The notes below the pieces were generated by a model. It had not been told where the DNA came from. It did not search any database and saw only the letters and a list, made by a program, of their open reading frames with translations. Positions 1-9,046 of a stretch of 64,000 nucleotides of DNA are shown here, one piece after another (position 1 is the first letter of the stretch; each line of letters starts with the position of its first letter). A program made the position numbers and the translations under genes. This DNA comes from Rhodospirillales bacterium (lineage in GTDB: Bacteria > Pseudomonadota > Alphaproteobacteria > Rhodospirillales > JASLLZ01), in the NCBI GenBank assembly GCA_030754885.1, contig JASLZL010000106.1:1012-65011 (forward strand), in the 5' to 3' direction.

Positions 1-203
1 GTAGCGGTAAGAACTGCTCGACATTGCGCATCGAAGCCGACCTCACCTATTGCGAGGAGGACGAACTGGCGCCCAAATACGAAGCCTATTGCTATCGCAC
101 CCTTGGCAACGTCACTTGCTATGACCGGCCCAACCCCTTCAACGGCCGTCAGCAGATCATGGACGAACAAATGGAAAATCCGACCAAGGCAGTGGGACGC
201 TGA
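1..203 (+). CDS. 3' end of a hypothetical Cys-rich protein (5' end lies outside the window)
   Basis: Frame 3 is open from the window edge to TGA at 201-203. Translation: ...SGKNCSTLRIEADLTYCEEDELAPKYEAYCYRTLGNVTCYDRPNPFNGRQQIMDEQMENPTKAVGR*. GC3-rich codons like the neighbours. No family recognised. Confidence 0.35.
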   Translation, partial: SGKNCSTLRIEADLTYCEEDELAPKYEAYCYRTLGNVTCYDRPNPFNGRQQIMDEQMENPTKAVGR

Positions 204-257
204 ACCGCCCGTGATCGCTTTGGGAGTGGTTTCCGCCTGGCCGAACCGCATCCTCCG

Positions 258-959
258 ATGAAACGCTTCTTTGCCCTCATCTTGGCCGCACTCGCGATCC
301 TCGCGGTGTTCCTCTGGAACGGGAAGACAACAGACGATCCGGTCGAGGCCCAGATCCAGCGTTTCCGCGCGCTCGAACCGTTGGCCGAAAAGGGCGATGT
401 GGACGCCCAATACGACCTTGCCGGGCTTTACCAGGCGGGCAGGGGCGTCGAGGAGGATGCCCGGACGGCCGCCCAGTGGTATCTCAAAGCGGCGAATAAG
501 GGGCATGTGGCCGCCCGCCATGCGTTGGGCCGGATGTTCGAGTCCGGCCAGGGGGTTAAACGGAACTTCCAAACAGCCGCCAAGTGGTACAGGTTGGCGG
601 CCGGCATCGGCGATCATGCCGAAGCCCAATATGATCTTGGCACCCTTTATTATCATGGTCGCGGCGTGCCGCATGATTACGTCGCGGCGATCAAATGGTA
701 TCGCAAGGCGGCCCGCCAGGGCCACGCGGTCGCTCAATTTCACATGGGCGCCATGACCGAGGAGGGCTGGGGGCGCGCGGCGGATCCCGTCGAAGCCTAT
801 GCCTGGTACACCCTGGCCATGGGCAAGGCCGAGCAGGCCAAGGCGCGCAACCCTAAGTACGATCCGGGGCCGAGGCGCGACAAGTTGGAGCGCAAGATGA
901 ACCGTTTCCAGATCGGTCAGGCTGAAAAAAAGATCGAGGTCTTGGTAAACAGGCGCTGA
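258..959 (+). CDS. Sel1-repeat (SLR/TPR-like) protein, probably exported or membrane-anchored
   Basis: 233-aa ATG ORF. Hydrophobic N-terminus FFALILAALAILAVFLW. At least 5 Sel1-type repeats (A.YDLG.LY..G.GV..D...A..WY.KAA..GH..A). Confidence 0.85.
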   Translation: MKRFFALILAALAILAVFLWNGKTTDDPVEAQIQRFRALEPLAEKGDVDAQYDLAGLYQAGRGVEEDARTAAQWYLKAANKGHVAARHALGRMFESGQGVKRNFQTAAKWYRLAAGIGDHAEAQYDLGTLYYHGRGVPHDYVAAIKWYRKAARQGHAVAQFHMGAMTEEGWGRAADPVEAYAWYTLAMGKAEQAKARNPKYDPGPRRDKLERKMNRFQIGQAEKKIEVLVNRR

Positions 960-961
960 GC

Positions 962-1591
962 TTAGGCCACTAGGCCGCTGGCGGCGATGCCGTCGAAAAT
1001 GAACTGTACGGCCAGCGCCGCCAGGAGGACGCCGACGACGCGGGTGATCACGTTGCTCCCTGTCACGCCCAGCACTCTTTGTACGCCCCCGGCGATGAGC
1101 AGCAGTAGGAAGGTGAGCGCCAGCACCGCGAGAAGCGCCGCCATTACCACCGCTTGACGCTCCAGATCGCCTTGGCTCTCGGCGCTCAGAAGAACGACGG
1201 CCCCCATGGCCCCCGGTCCGGCGATCATCGGCGTCGCTAGGGGGAAGACCGAGATGTCGGCCTTGTGCCCCGCTTCTTCGGATTCGTCGGCGGTGGCGGA
1301 TGTTCCGCCTGAGTGACGGGCGAACACCATGTCGATGGCGATCAGCAAAAGCAGGATACCGCCCGCCGTGCGCATCGCCGCAAGCGTGATACCCAGGTGC
1401 GCCAGGAGGTCGTTGCCGAACAACATGAACACGATCAGCACGGCGGCCGCGATAAGCGTTCCCTTGATCGCCATGGCGCGTCGTTGGCGGGGCGTTGCGT
1501 TGGGCGTGAGCGCCGCGAACACCGCCGCCGCGTCGACCGGGCCGATAGTGGCGAAAAAAGTGGTAAAGGCAAAAAGGCCGGTTTCCCACAT
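962..1591 (-). CDS. MarC family (UPF0056/NAAT) integral membrane protein
   Basis: ORF 962..1606. The track start at 1606 is TTG, so ATG at 1591 (MWETGLFAFTTFFATIGPVD...) is preferred. Six hydrophobic segments typical of the MarC family. Confidence 0.8.
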   Translation of the reverse strand: MWETGLFAFTTFFATIGPVDAAAVFAALTPNATPRQRRAMAIKGTLIAAAVLIVFMLFGNDLLAHLGITLAAMRTAGGILLLLIAIDMVFARHSGGTSATADESEEAGHKADISVFPLATPMIAGPGAMGAVVLLSAESQGDLERQAVVMAALLAVLALTFLLLLIAGGVQRVLGVTGSNVITRVVGVLLAALAVQFIFDGIAASGLVA

Positions 1592-1743
1592 GGCGTTTCG
1601 TTCCAATGGCTGGGTCCGCTGTAGTTTAAGCCTAGCGGCTTCGCCGTCCGGGCGCCATAGTCCGCACCGTCTGATACTGCGTCTCGACGCCTCGTTCCCG
1701 GCGCGATAGGCTCCGCCACCCGGTTCATACTCCTGGAGACCTC

Positions 1744-2607
1744 ATGGAGCCATCCGTCGCCGCCGTGGTCCTTTTGTCGGCCGCCCTGCATCCTTTGTGG
1801 AACGCGCTAATTAAGCGTGGCGCCGTGCCCGAAGCCTCGTTCATGGGCTTAATGGTGGTGATCGCACTGCTGTCGCTGGCCACCGTGGTCGTCATCGGTG
1901 CCGATTTGATGGCGGCCTGGAAAGTCTGGCATCTCGTCCTCATTTCCGCCTTCGGCCTGGTGCTTTATGGCACCGCCCTGGTCATGACGTTGCGGCGCGG
2001 CGACCTCTCGGCTTATTACCCCATCATCCGGTCCTCGCCGGTTTTCATCGTCATAGTGAGCGTCGTTTTCCTTGGTCAAACCTACGCGGCGCCGGTGCTT
2101 CTCGGCTTTGTCATGGTTATCGTCGGTGCCTTCTTCGTGCAGTATCGGCCGGGTGCACGGCTTTTGGATGATCCGAGGACCCTGACGTACGCCTTGTTGG
2201 GCATGAGCAGCACCGGCATCTATACGATCTCCGATGCCTTCGCCATGCAGGTCGTGGAACCGCCGGTATTCCTGTTTTGGGTGATGGTTATGTTCATTCC
2301 CGCCTACATGGCGGTCATGCGCGCCGTCGCTGGCCCGCGCCTGGGATGGCGCGCTCTTTTTGGCTGGGTCCGCACGCCCTGGCGTTCGGCCGGCACAGGC
2401 TTGATTGCCTATGGCTCCTATTCCCTGATCCTGATCGGCTTTGCCTGGGGCGGCGAGGTGTCAGCGGTATCGTCGCTGCGCCAGGCCTCGATCCCTATTT
2501 CCGTCCTTATCGGCGGCCTGTGGCTCAAGGAGGCGGGGTTGGCGCTCCGCCTGGCGGCGTCCGTCTTGCTTGCCGCCGGCATCGTGGTCGTCGTGCTCAC
2601 CGGGTGA
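1744..2607 (+). CDS. EamA/DMT-superfamily transporter
   Basis: 287-aa ORF with ~10 hydrophobic helices in a two-EamA-repeat layout. The N-terminus LLSAALHPLWNALIKRG is DMT-like. Confidence 0.75.
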   Translation: MEPSVAAVVLLSAALHPLWNALIKRGAVPEASFMGLMVVIALLSLATVVVIGADLMAAWKVWHLVLISAFGLVLYGTALVMTLRRGDLSAYYPIIRSSPVFIVIVSVVFLGQTYAAPVLLGFVMVIVGAFFVQYRPGARLLDDPRTLTYALLGMSSTGIYTISDAFAMQVVEPPVFLFWVMVMFIPAYMAVMRAVAGPRLGWRALFGWVRTPWRSAGTGLIAYGSYSLILIGFAWGGEVSAVSSLRQASIPISVLIGGLWLKEAGLALRLAASVLLAAGIVVVVLTG

Positions 2608-2638
2608 AGAACTTTATGATTGCTCGGTTCCAGCCCAC

Positions 2639-2710
2639 ACCCCCACCCGGCCCCCCACCGCATACAATGGCACTGGGTGGCCGGGTGGGGGGGTGGGCTG
2701 GTGCCGCGCA
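2639..2710. terminator. Long GC-rich hairpin between convergent genes (candidate bidirectional terminator or REP-like element)
   Basis: Left arm ccagcccacacccccacccggccccccacc (2639-2668) pairs with right arm ggtggccgggtgggggggtgggctgg (2685-2710) around a ~16-nt loop. It sits between the stops of the EamA gene (2607) and FAD oxidoreductase 1 (2771). No clean T-run. Confidence 0.45.
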
Positions 2711-2770
2711 TATACAAGAATGGCCGGGTGGGGGAGCGGGCCGGTACTGATTTTATTAACGTGGAAACGC

Positions 2771-4027
2771 TCAGAAACGGTCGGGGCGGAAAGGCGCCAA
2801 GTCGACGCTGGGCGGGCGCCCTCCCGCCAGCTCGCCGATCAGCTTGCCGGTAATCGCCCCAACGGCGATGCCGATGTGGTCGTGGCCGAAGGCGAAGAGA
2901 ACGTTCGGATGGCGCGGCGCCGGGCCGATGACGGGTTTGGAATCGGGCAGCGACGGCCGGGGACCGACCCAGCGCGTAGCACCTTCCGTATTAAGGGTCG
3001 GGAAGAGGGCCTTGGCCTTTCTCTCGATGACATCGGTATGGGCCGGGTTGAGGGGCGCGTCCGGATCGGTGAACTCGGCAATGGAGGAACACCGGAGCCC
3101 GTGCTCCATGGGCGTAACGGCGACGTGGCGGTCGCGCGAATTGATGCACATCCGCAATTGGATTCCGGGTTCGGGGAACATAAGGTTGTAGCCGCGCTCC
3201 GCCGCCAGCGGCAGCTTGCATCCAAGTTGTGCCGCCAGCGGCTTGGACCAAGCGCCTGCGGCAAGAACGATGAGATCGGGCGTGTGGGTGGCACCGTCGG
3301 TGACTACGCGGGGTGGGCCTTCGGCGGCGAATTCGAAGCCTTTGACGGTTTCGGTAAGCAGGGTTCCGCCCTGGCGCACGAAGTTCTCGGCCAGGACCTG
3401 GGCGAGGCGGAGCGGATTCACGGTCACCGCCACGTCGGGCAGGAAAACGGCGCCGACGATACCGGGACCGAGCGCCGGCTCCATCTCGCGCGCCTCGTCG
3501 CCGCTCATCTCCTGGATCCGAATGCCGCGCCGCCGGCGCAAGTCGATGACGTATTTCGATTCGGCCAGGTATTTGGCGTCCTCGAAGATTTGCAAAAGCC
3601 CGTCGCGCCGGATCAACGTCTCGGCGCCGGATTCCGAGAGCAGTGGGTCATAGGCTTCGAACAGTTTGCTCAAAAGGCTATAGCGGGCGTCGGCAATGTC
3701 CTCGACGCGCTGGCGCCGTCCGGCCAGCGCAAAGCGCAGGAACCAAGGTGTCATGCCGAGAAGCTTCGTCCACGGCACCGACAGCGGTTCTTCGGGGTCG
3801 AGCAGCAGCCTCGGTACGCTGGGCAGCATGCCGGGCAGCGAGGCAGGTACGCATGATGCCACGCCAAGGTTGCCGGCGTTGCCTTCGGTCGCGCCCTTGC
3901 CTGGGCCGGTGCGGTCGATAAGCGTTACCCTGAGACCCTCGCGTTGCAAATAAAGGGCCGAGCAGACGCCGACGATGCCGGCGCCGATGACGAGTGCTGT
4001 GCGGTCGGGAGTTTGCGTCTCTGCCAT
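2771..4027 (-). CDS. FAD-dependent oxidoreductase, D-amino-acid-dehydrogenase (DadA/DAO)-like, paralog 1
   Basis: 418 aa. N-terminal dinucleotide fold ALVIGAGIVGVCSALYLQREG. C-terminal FAFGHDHIGIAVGAITGKLIGELAGGR...PFRPDRF shared with the two upstream paralogs. Confidence 0.85.
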   Translation of the reverse strand: MAETQTPDRTALVIGAGIVGVCSALYLQREGLRVTLIDRTGPGKGATEGNAGNLGVASCVPASLPGMLPSVPRLLLDPEEPLSVPWTKLLGMTPWFLRFALAGRRQRVEDIADARYSLLSKLFEAYDPLLSESGAETLIRRDGLLQIFEDAKYLAESKYVIDLRRRRGIRIQEMSGDEAREMEPALGPGIVGAVFLPDVAVTVNPLRLAQVLAENFVRQGGTLLTETVKGFEFAAEGPPRVVTDGATHTPDLIVLAAGAWSKPLAAQLGCKLPLAAERGYNLMFPEPGIQLRMCINSRDRHVAVTPMEHGLRCSSIAEFTDPDAPLNPAHTDVIERKAKALFPTLNTEGATRWVGPRPSLPDSKPVIGPAPRHPNVLFAFGHDHIGIAVGAITGKLIGELAGGRPPSVDLAPFRPDRF

Positions 4028-4029
4028 GA

Positions 4030-5280
4030 CTAAAACCGGTCGGGACGGAAGGGGGTGATGTCGATACTGGTCGGCCGTCCGGCTGCCAGCTCACCGATCA
4101 GCTTGCCTGTGATGGCGCCAAGCGTCAGCCCGATGTGGCCATGGCCAAAGGCAAACAGTACCTTTGGATGTCCGGGTGCGGCCCCGATCACGGGCATGGA
4201 ATCGGGCATCGATGGACGGGCGCCCATGCCGCGCTCAAGCTCGCGCATTTCAAGGCCGGGGATCAAGCCATCCGCCTGACGCAAGATGGCCAGCGCCCGG
4301 TCGTAATCCGGCGGCGAGTCGACGGGGGCGAACTCGGCACCGCTTGAGACCCTGAGCCCGTGTTCCATGGGACAAATGGCAAGAAGTTTGTCATTCCACT
4401 GCACCGGCACCTTCAGCCCCGGGTTGGGCAGCATCATGAAGTAGCCCCGTTCGGCTTGCATCGGCACACGGGTGCCCAGTTGCGCCGCCAGGGCCCTGGA
4501 CCAGGCACCGGCGGCGATGACGACAAGTCCGGCGGTGTGAGTGGCGGTCTCGGTGACGACCTTGGGTGGGCCGTCGGCGCCGGTCTCAAAGCCCTTGACC
4601 TTTTCTCTGAAAAGGGTGCCGCCGCTCCGTACCAGGTGTTCGGCCAGGACTTGCACCATGCGCTTCGGATTGACCACGTGGCCGTTGATGCGTTGGTAGG
4701 CGCCGTGCACGACGTTGGGTCCCAGCTTGGGCTCGACCTCGCGTGTCTGGTCGCCGTCAAGATCCTCAATCACGACACCGCGGCTACGGCGCAGATCGCG
4801 CTCATAACGGTTGTTTTCGAAGGCCTGGCGGCTGGTAAAAACGAAAAGGCGGCCTTGGCGCTGGATCATGTCCTGTGCCCCGGCGGCGCTGACGAGGGGC
4901 TCATAGGCCTCGAAGATATTGGAGACGACGGTTAACAGCGCATCCGTAATTTCATCGACGCGGCGTTGCCGACCGGCAAGCAAGAATCGGATGAACCAGG
5001 GTGTGGCCGGCAGAAAGTTGCTGGGCGGAACGGAGAGCGGATGCAGCCGGTTCATGAGCATGCCGGGCACCTTGCGCCACAGGCCGGGCAGGGAGAACGG
5101 AGCGCAACTTCCGCCGCCAAGGCCGCCGGCGTTGACCGCCGAGCAGGCCTCGCCCGGACCGTCCTTGTCGATCAACGTGACCTTGAATCCCTCGCGTTGC
5201 AGATAAAGAGCGGTGCACACGCCGACAATGCCGGCGCCAATGACCAGCGCTGTCTTTTCCTGGGATTTCATATCGGCCAT
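4030..5280 (-). CDS. FAD-dependent oxidoreductase, DadA/DAO-like, paralog 2
   Basis: 416 aa. ALVIGAGIVGVCTALYLQREG ... FAFGHGHIGLTLGAITGKLIGELAAGR...ITPFRPDRF. Its stop lies 2 nt upstream of the paralog-1 ATG. Confidence 0.85.
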   Translation of the reverse strand: MADMKSQEKTALVIGAGIVGVCTALYLQREGFKVTLIDKDGPGEACSAVNAGGLGGGSCAPFSLPGLWRKVPGMLMNRLHPLSVPPSNFLPATPWFIRFLLAGRQRRVDEITDALLTVVSNIFEAYEPLVSAAGAQDMIQRQGRLFVFTSRQAFENNRYERDLRRSRGVVIEDLDGDQTREVEPKLGPNVVHGAYQRINGHVVNPKRMVQVLAEHLVRSGGTLFREKVKGFETGADGPPKVVTETATHTAGLVVIAAGAWSRALAAQLGTRVPMQAERGYFMMLPNPGLKVPVQWNDKLLAICPMEHGLRVSSGAEFAPVDSPPDYDRALAILRQADGLIPGLEMRELERGMGARPSMPDSMPVIGAAPGHPKVLFAFGHGHIGLTLGAITGKLIGELAAGRPTSIDITPFRPDRF

Positions 5281-5283
5281 GGG

Positions 5284-6528
5284 TTAGAACCTCTCGGGGC
5301 GGAAGGGGGTGATGTCGATGCTTGGTTTACGCCCGGCCGCCAGCTCGCCAACGGTGCGCCCGGTGACGGCGCCCAGGCCGAGGCCGATCATGCAATGGCC
5401 GAAGGCGAAGAGCACCGAGGGATGTCCGGGTGCCGGTCCGATCACCGGCATGGAATCGGGGGTCGAGGGGCGATTTCCCATCCACCGCGTCATGCCGTCG
5501 GATCTGAGGCCGGGCACGAGTGCCTGAGCGTGGCGCACAATAGTATCGGCGCGGGCATAGTTGGGGGGCGCCTTAAGGCCTTCGAAGTCGGCGATGCCGG
5601 TGATGCGCAGCCCGTGTTCCATCTGCGAGATGATGATGTGGCGGTCGGACGACTGCACCGAGACACGGGTCGTCACCCCGGCGTCGGGCAGCATGGCGTG
5701 GTAGCCGCGCTGCGATTCCATGCACACTCGGGTGCCAAGCTGGGCTGCCAACTCCTTGGACCAGGCCCCGGCGGCAACGACGATGAGGTCGGGGTTGTGG
5801 GTGGTGGCGTCGGTCACGACCTTGGGCGGGCCGTCCGCGCCGAGCTCGAAGCCCTTGACCGTCTCGCGCAATACCGTGCCGCCCTTTTTCTGGAAAAGCT
5901 CGGCCAGGGTCTGGGTCAGACGCAAGGGATTGATGGTCTGGCCGGCGGCCGGGATGTAAGCGCCGCGTTTGATGGCCGGTCCGAGCGCCGGCTCGATCTC
6001 GCGTGCCTCGTCCCCGCTCAATGCCCTTACCTCGATACCGCGCCGACGGCGTAGATCGAGGGAGTATTGTCCGCCCGAGAAGGAAGCCTCGCTCTCATAG
6101 ACGTAAAGTTTGCCCTCGCGCCGGACCAGGTCACTGGCGTCGGTCTCGGCGAGCAAGGACTCGTAACATTCGAACAAGTCGGCGAGGGCGGCGCTCAACG
6201 CGTCGGCGATCTCCTCGACGCGCTTGGGCCGGCCAGCTTGGGCGAAGCGGATAAACCACGGCAGCGCCCGCGGTAGGTGAGACCAATGAATTTTAAGCGC
6301 CGAATCGGGATCGAACAGCATGGCCGGCACCTTGCCGAGCGATCCCGGCATGGCAAGGGGAATGAACGATGCGATGCCCAGACCGCCGGCATTGCCCGAC
6401 GAGCAACCTTCGCCGGGACCGTCGCGGTCGATCAGCGTTACGTCGAAGTCTTCGCGTTGAAGATAAAGCGCCGAGCAGGTACCGACGATGCCGGCGCCGA
6501 TAACCAGCGCTCGGCGCCCGTCCGCCAT
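5284..6528 (-). CDS. FAD-dependent oxidoreductase, DadA/DAO-like, paralog 3
   Basis: Track ORF runs to 6615. ATG at 6528 (MADGRRALVIGAGIVGTCSALYLQRED) gives 414 aa, matching the paralog lengths. C-terminus ...ITPFRPERF. Its stop lies 3 nt from the paralog-2 ATG. Confidence 0.8.
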   Translation of the reverse strand: MADGRRALVIGAGIVGTCSALYLQREDFDVTLIDRDGPGEGCSSGNAGGLGIASFIPLAMPGSLGKVPAMLFDPDSALKIHWSHLPRALPWFIRFAQAGRPKRVEEIADALSAALADLFECYESLLAETDASDLVRREGKLYVYESEASFSGGQYSLDLRRRRGIEVRALSGDEAREIEPALGPAIKRGAYIPAAGQTINPLRLTQTLAELFQKKGGTVLRETVKGFELGADGPPKVVTDATTHNPDLIVVAAGAWSKELAAQLGTRVCMESQRGYHAMLPDAGVTTRVSVQSSDRHIIISQMEHGLRITGIADFEGLKAPPNYARADTIVRHAQALVPGLRSDGMTRWMGNRPSTPDSMPVIGPAPGHPSVLFAFGHCMIGLGLGAVTGRTVGELAAGRKPSIDITPFRPERF

Positions 6529-6893
6529 CGGCGCGCCCGAACCCGTTGCCACCACGATTGAATCCCCCCGATCGATGATTGCGGAAAGCTTATCTTGCGG
6601 CCACCGCCGGCGCAAGATAGGGGCGACGGCGGCGAGCGGCCAAGGCGCGGATCATGAGCTGGAGAATTTTAGCGATAGTGCTTTTAACTTACCTAAGTTT
6701 GAAAATTAGTTTGAATATGTCGAATTTTAAAATGGTGGATAGTCAATAAAAGACAACAAAAAACAACAAAAAACAACATTTGCCCAGGATTATTGAAGTT
6801 TCGTTTGGATTTGGATAATAATGTCGTTGAGAGAGTTTCACGTTGCGGCGGGACACTGGCCGCTCACACCCCAAGACCTTGGGAACCTTCGTC
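6529..6893. promoter_or_regulatory. AT-rich divergent control region between the FAD-oxidoreductase operon and the ABC-transporter operon
   Basis: Composition drops sharply to AT-rich sequence at about 6660-6830. Direct repeats acaacaaaaa x2.6 (6753-6778) and tttggat/ttggata (6804-6817). A DeoR regulator is encoded at the end of the rightward operon. Confidence 0.5.
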
Positions 6894-7886
6894 ATGAAGA
6901 GAGGAATGAGAATTATGCACGATCTCGTCAGAAAATTTAGCGTCGCGGCCGTGGTTGCCTGTGTCACGGGTCTCGCTTGGGGGGCCGGAGACGCGCTAGC
7001 CAAGGACCTCGTGCTCTACACCGCCTCCAATCCAAAAATCGAAAAAGACATCATGGCGGCGTTCCGCAAGGCCCATCCGGACATCACCGTAAATGCGGTG
7101 AACATGTCGACCGGCCCGATCACCGAACGCGCCATCGCCGAGAAGGCCAATCCCCAGGCCGACGTAATTTGGATGATTAACAATATCGCCCTTGAGCAGC
7201 TCAAGGCTACGGGCGCCCTTGAGCCGTATGAGCCGAAGGGCACCAAGATCGACGACGCCTTCAAGGAAGAGGACGGATTCTGGAACGGTCACAACGCCAC
7301 AATCATGGCGATGGCCGTCAACACGAAGCTGCTGAAGGAAAAGAAGCTTCCCATGCCGACCGATTGGGTGGACCTGGTCAAGCCTGTCTACAAGGGGCAG
7401 ATCACCATCGCAGCGGCCACCAAGTCGGGCACGGGCCTCAGCATCCTGTCGACCATGCACGATGTTTTTGGCTGGAACTTTCTCGACAATCTTCACCAGA
7501 ACATCTTCCAGTACAATTCGTCGGGCAGCGCGGCGGCGCGTCAGGTGGGCGGCGGTGAGACCATCATCGGTCTCAGCTACGACACCGCCATCTTGCATCA
7601 GGTGCAAGCGGTGCCAGGTGTCGAGATGGTCATAGGCCGTATGTCGCCCAACGTTATCGAGGGCGCGGGCCTGCTTGCCGGGGCGCCTCATCCGGCGGAA
7701 GGAAAAATCTTCCTCGATTGGTTGTTCAGCGAGGGGGGAATGAAGGTATTCGCCCCCCATGTTGGCATCGGTGCCCAGGCCGGTTACGGCAATGTCGATT
7801 TGTCCAAGGTCCATATGTGGAAGCGCCGCCGGCCCTTGGACGCCAACGGATTTAAGCGCCAGTGGGCGTCGAAATTCGAAAAGTAA
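6894..7886 (+). CDS. ABC transporter periplasmic substrate-binding protein (Fe3+/AfuA-PotD-like family 1 SBP)
   Basis: Track ORF starts with TTG at 6843. In-frame ATGs lie at 6894, 6906 and 6915. Signal peptide ...KFSVAAVVACVTGLAWGAGDALA. Mature part DLVLYTASNPKIEKDIMAAFRKAHPDITVNAV... is typical of AfuA/FbpA-type binding proteins. Confidence 0.8.
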   Translation: MKRGMRIMHDLVRKFSVAAVVACVTGLAWGAGDALAKDLVLYTASNPKIEKDIMAAFRKAHPDITVNAVNMSTGPITERAIAEKANPQADVIWMINNIALEQLKATGALEPYEPKGTKIDDAFKEEDGFWNGHNATIMAMAVNTKLLKEKKLPMPTDWVDLVKPVYKGQITIAAATKSGTGLSILSTMHDVFGWNFLDNLHQNIFQYNSSGSAAARQVGGGETIIGLSYDTAILHQVQAVPGVEMVIGRMSPNVIEGAGLLAGAPHPAEGKIFLDWLFSEGGMKVFAPHVGIGAQAGYGNVDLSKVHMWKRRRPLDANGFKRQWASKFEK

Positions 7887-7963
7887 GCATTCGTACCAGC
7901 ACCAAATCCCACGGCACCGCCAAAGTGTAGGCGGGGCCGTGGCCCCTTGTCGGGAGAGGGCCC

Positions 7964-9046
7964 GTGGCGAAGCTGACTTTTCGTGGCGTGACCAAACGCT
8001 TCGGAAACGTGACTGCTGTCGACGACGTTTCCATGGACATCGCCTCGGGCGAGTTCGTGACCCTGGTCGGCGCCAGCGGTTGCGGCAAGACCACGCTGCT
8101 TCGCATCATCGCCGGATTTACCAAACCCGACAGCGGGGAGTTGGCCATCGACGGCCGCCGGGTCGAAGGCCTGCCGCCCAGCAAGCGTGAGGTCGGCTTC
8201 GTCTTTCAGTCCTACGCGCTTTTTCCGACCCAAACGGTGGCCCAGAACATCGGTTTCTCGCTCAGCATCCGGCGGCGCGGAAAGGCGGAAATCGAAAAAA
8301 GGGTGGCGGAGCTTTGCGTCCTGACCCAGCTCGGCGGGCTTGAGGACCGTTACCCGCACGAACTTTCCGGCGGTCAGCAGCAACGTGTCGCTCTGGCCCG
8401 AGCCCTTGCTCCCGATCCCGCCATCTTGCTCCTCGACGAACCTTTATCGGCATTGGACGCCAAAATACGCGCCCACCTGCGCGCCGAAATCCGCGCCGTC
8501 GTGGATCGACTGGGCATCACCACCGTCTACGTCACCCATGATCAAGAAGAGGCGCTGTCCATTTCCGATCGCGTGGCGGTCATGGAAGCAGGCCGGGTCC
8601 TGCAAGTCGGCCGGCCCATGGAAGTGTACCTGGAGCCGGCCAGTCTTTTTGTCGCCGATTTCATCGGCACCAGCAACCACCTGGACGGAAAGCCCAAGGG
8701 CAACGGAACGGTACAAATTGACAGCGGTGTCTTGCCGGCCCGGTTGCCGGGTACCGTCGCCGCTTTGGAACGCTGCGTGGTCTGTATCCGGCCCGAACAT
8801 GTGGATCTCTTTACCGCCGATACCGACGATACTCTAGGTGGCCGGCTGCTCTCCCATTCTTTCCTCGGACCCTCGGTGCGGGCCCGCGTGGCAATCGATG
8901 GGGGCGCCGAGCTGGAGGTCGACATCGCCACCGCCGATTGGCTGGCCAAGGGGCTCAAGGCGGGTGACGAAGTGGGTTGGCGCGTGCGTCCTGGTGGTGC
9001 CGTAGCCTTTCCGGTCGATAACGGCGATGCCACGGACGCGCAATAA
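7964..9046 (+). CDS. ABC transporter ATP-binding protein (PotA/FbpC-like, with C-terminal TOBE-like domain)
   Basis: GTG start. Walker A GASGCGKTT, signature LSGGQQQRVALAR, Walker B LLLDEPLSALD. The stop overlaps the permease ATG (TAATG). Confidence 0.9.
   Translation: MAKLTFRGVTKRFGNVTAVDDVSMDIASGEFVTLVGASGCGKTTLLRIIAGFTKPDSGELAIDGRRVEGLPPSKREVGFVFQSYALFPTQTVAQNIGFSLSIRRRGKAEIEKRVAELCVLTQLGGLEDRYPHELSGGQQQRVALARALAPDPAILLLDEPLSALDAKIRAHLRAEIRAVVDRLGITTVYVTHDQEEALSISDRVAVMEAGRVLQVGRPMEVYLEPASLFVADFIGTSNHLDGKPKGNGTVQIDSGVLPARLPGTVAALERCVVCIRPEHVDLFTADTDDTLGGRLLSHSFLGPSVRARVAIDGGAELEVDIATADWLAKGLKAGDEVGWRVRPGGAVAFPVDNGDATDAQ

Noticed and set aside
2441-3856. 471-aa plus-strand ORF, with similar long ORFs at 4966-6054(+), 41878-42966(+), 55581-56909(-), 11857-12867(-), 9247-9957(-) and 6996-7814(-)
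   Set aside because: All lie antisense to, or out of frame with, genes that have clear family motifs. Their translations are Arg/Gly/Pro/Ala-rich with no motifs. These are typical shadow ORFs of high-GC DNA.
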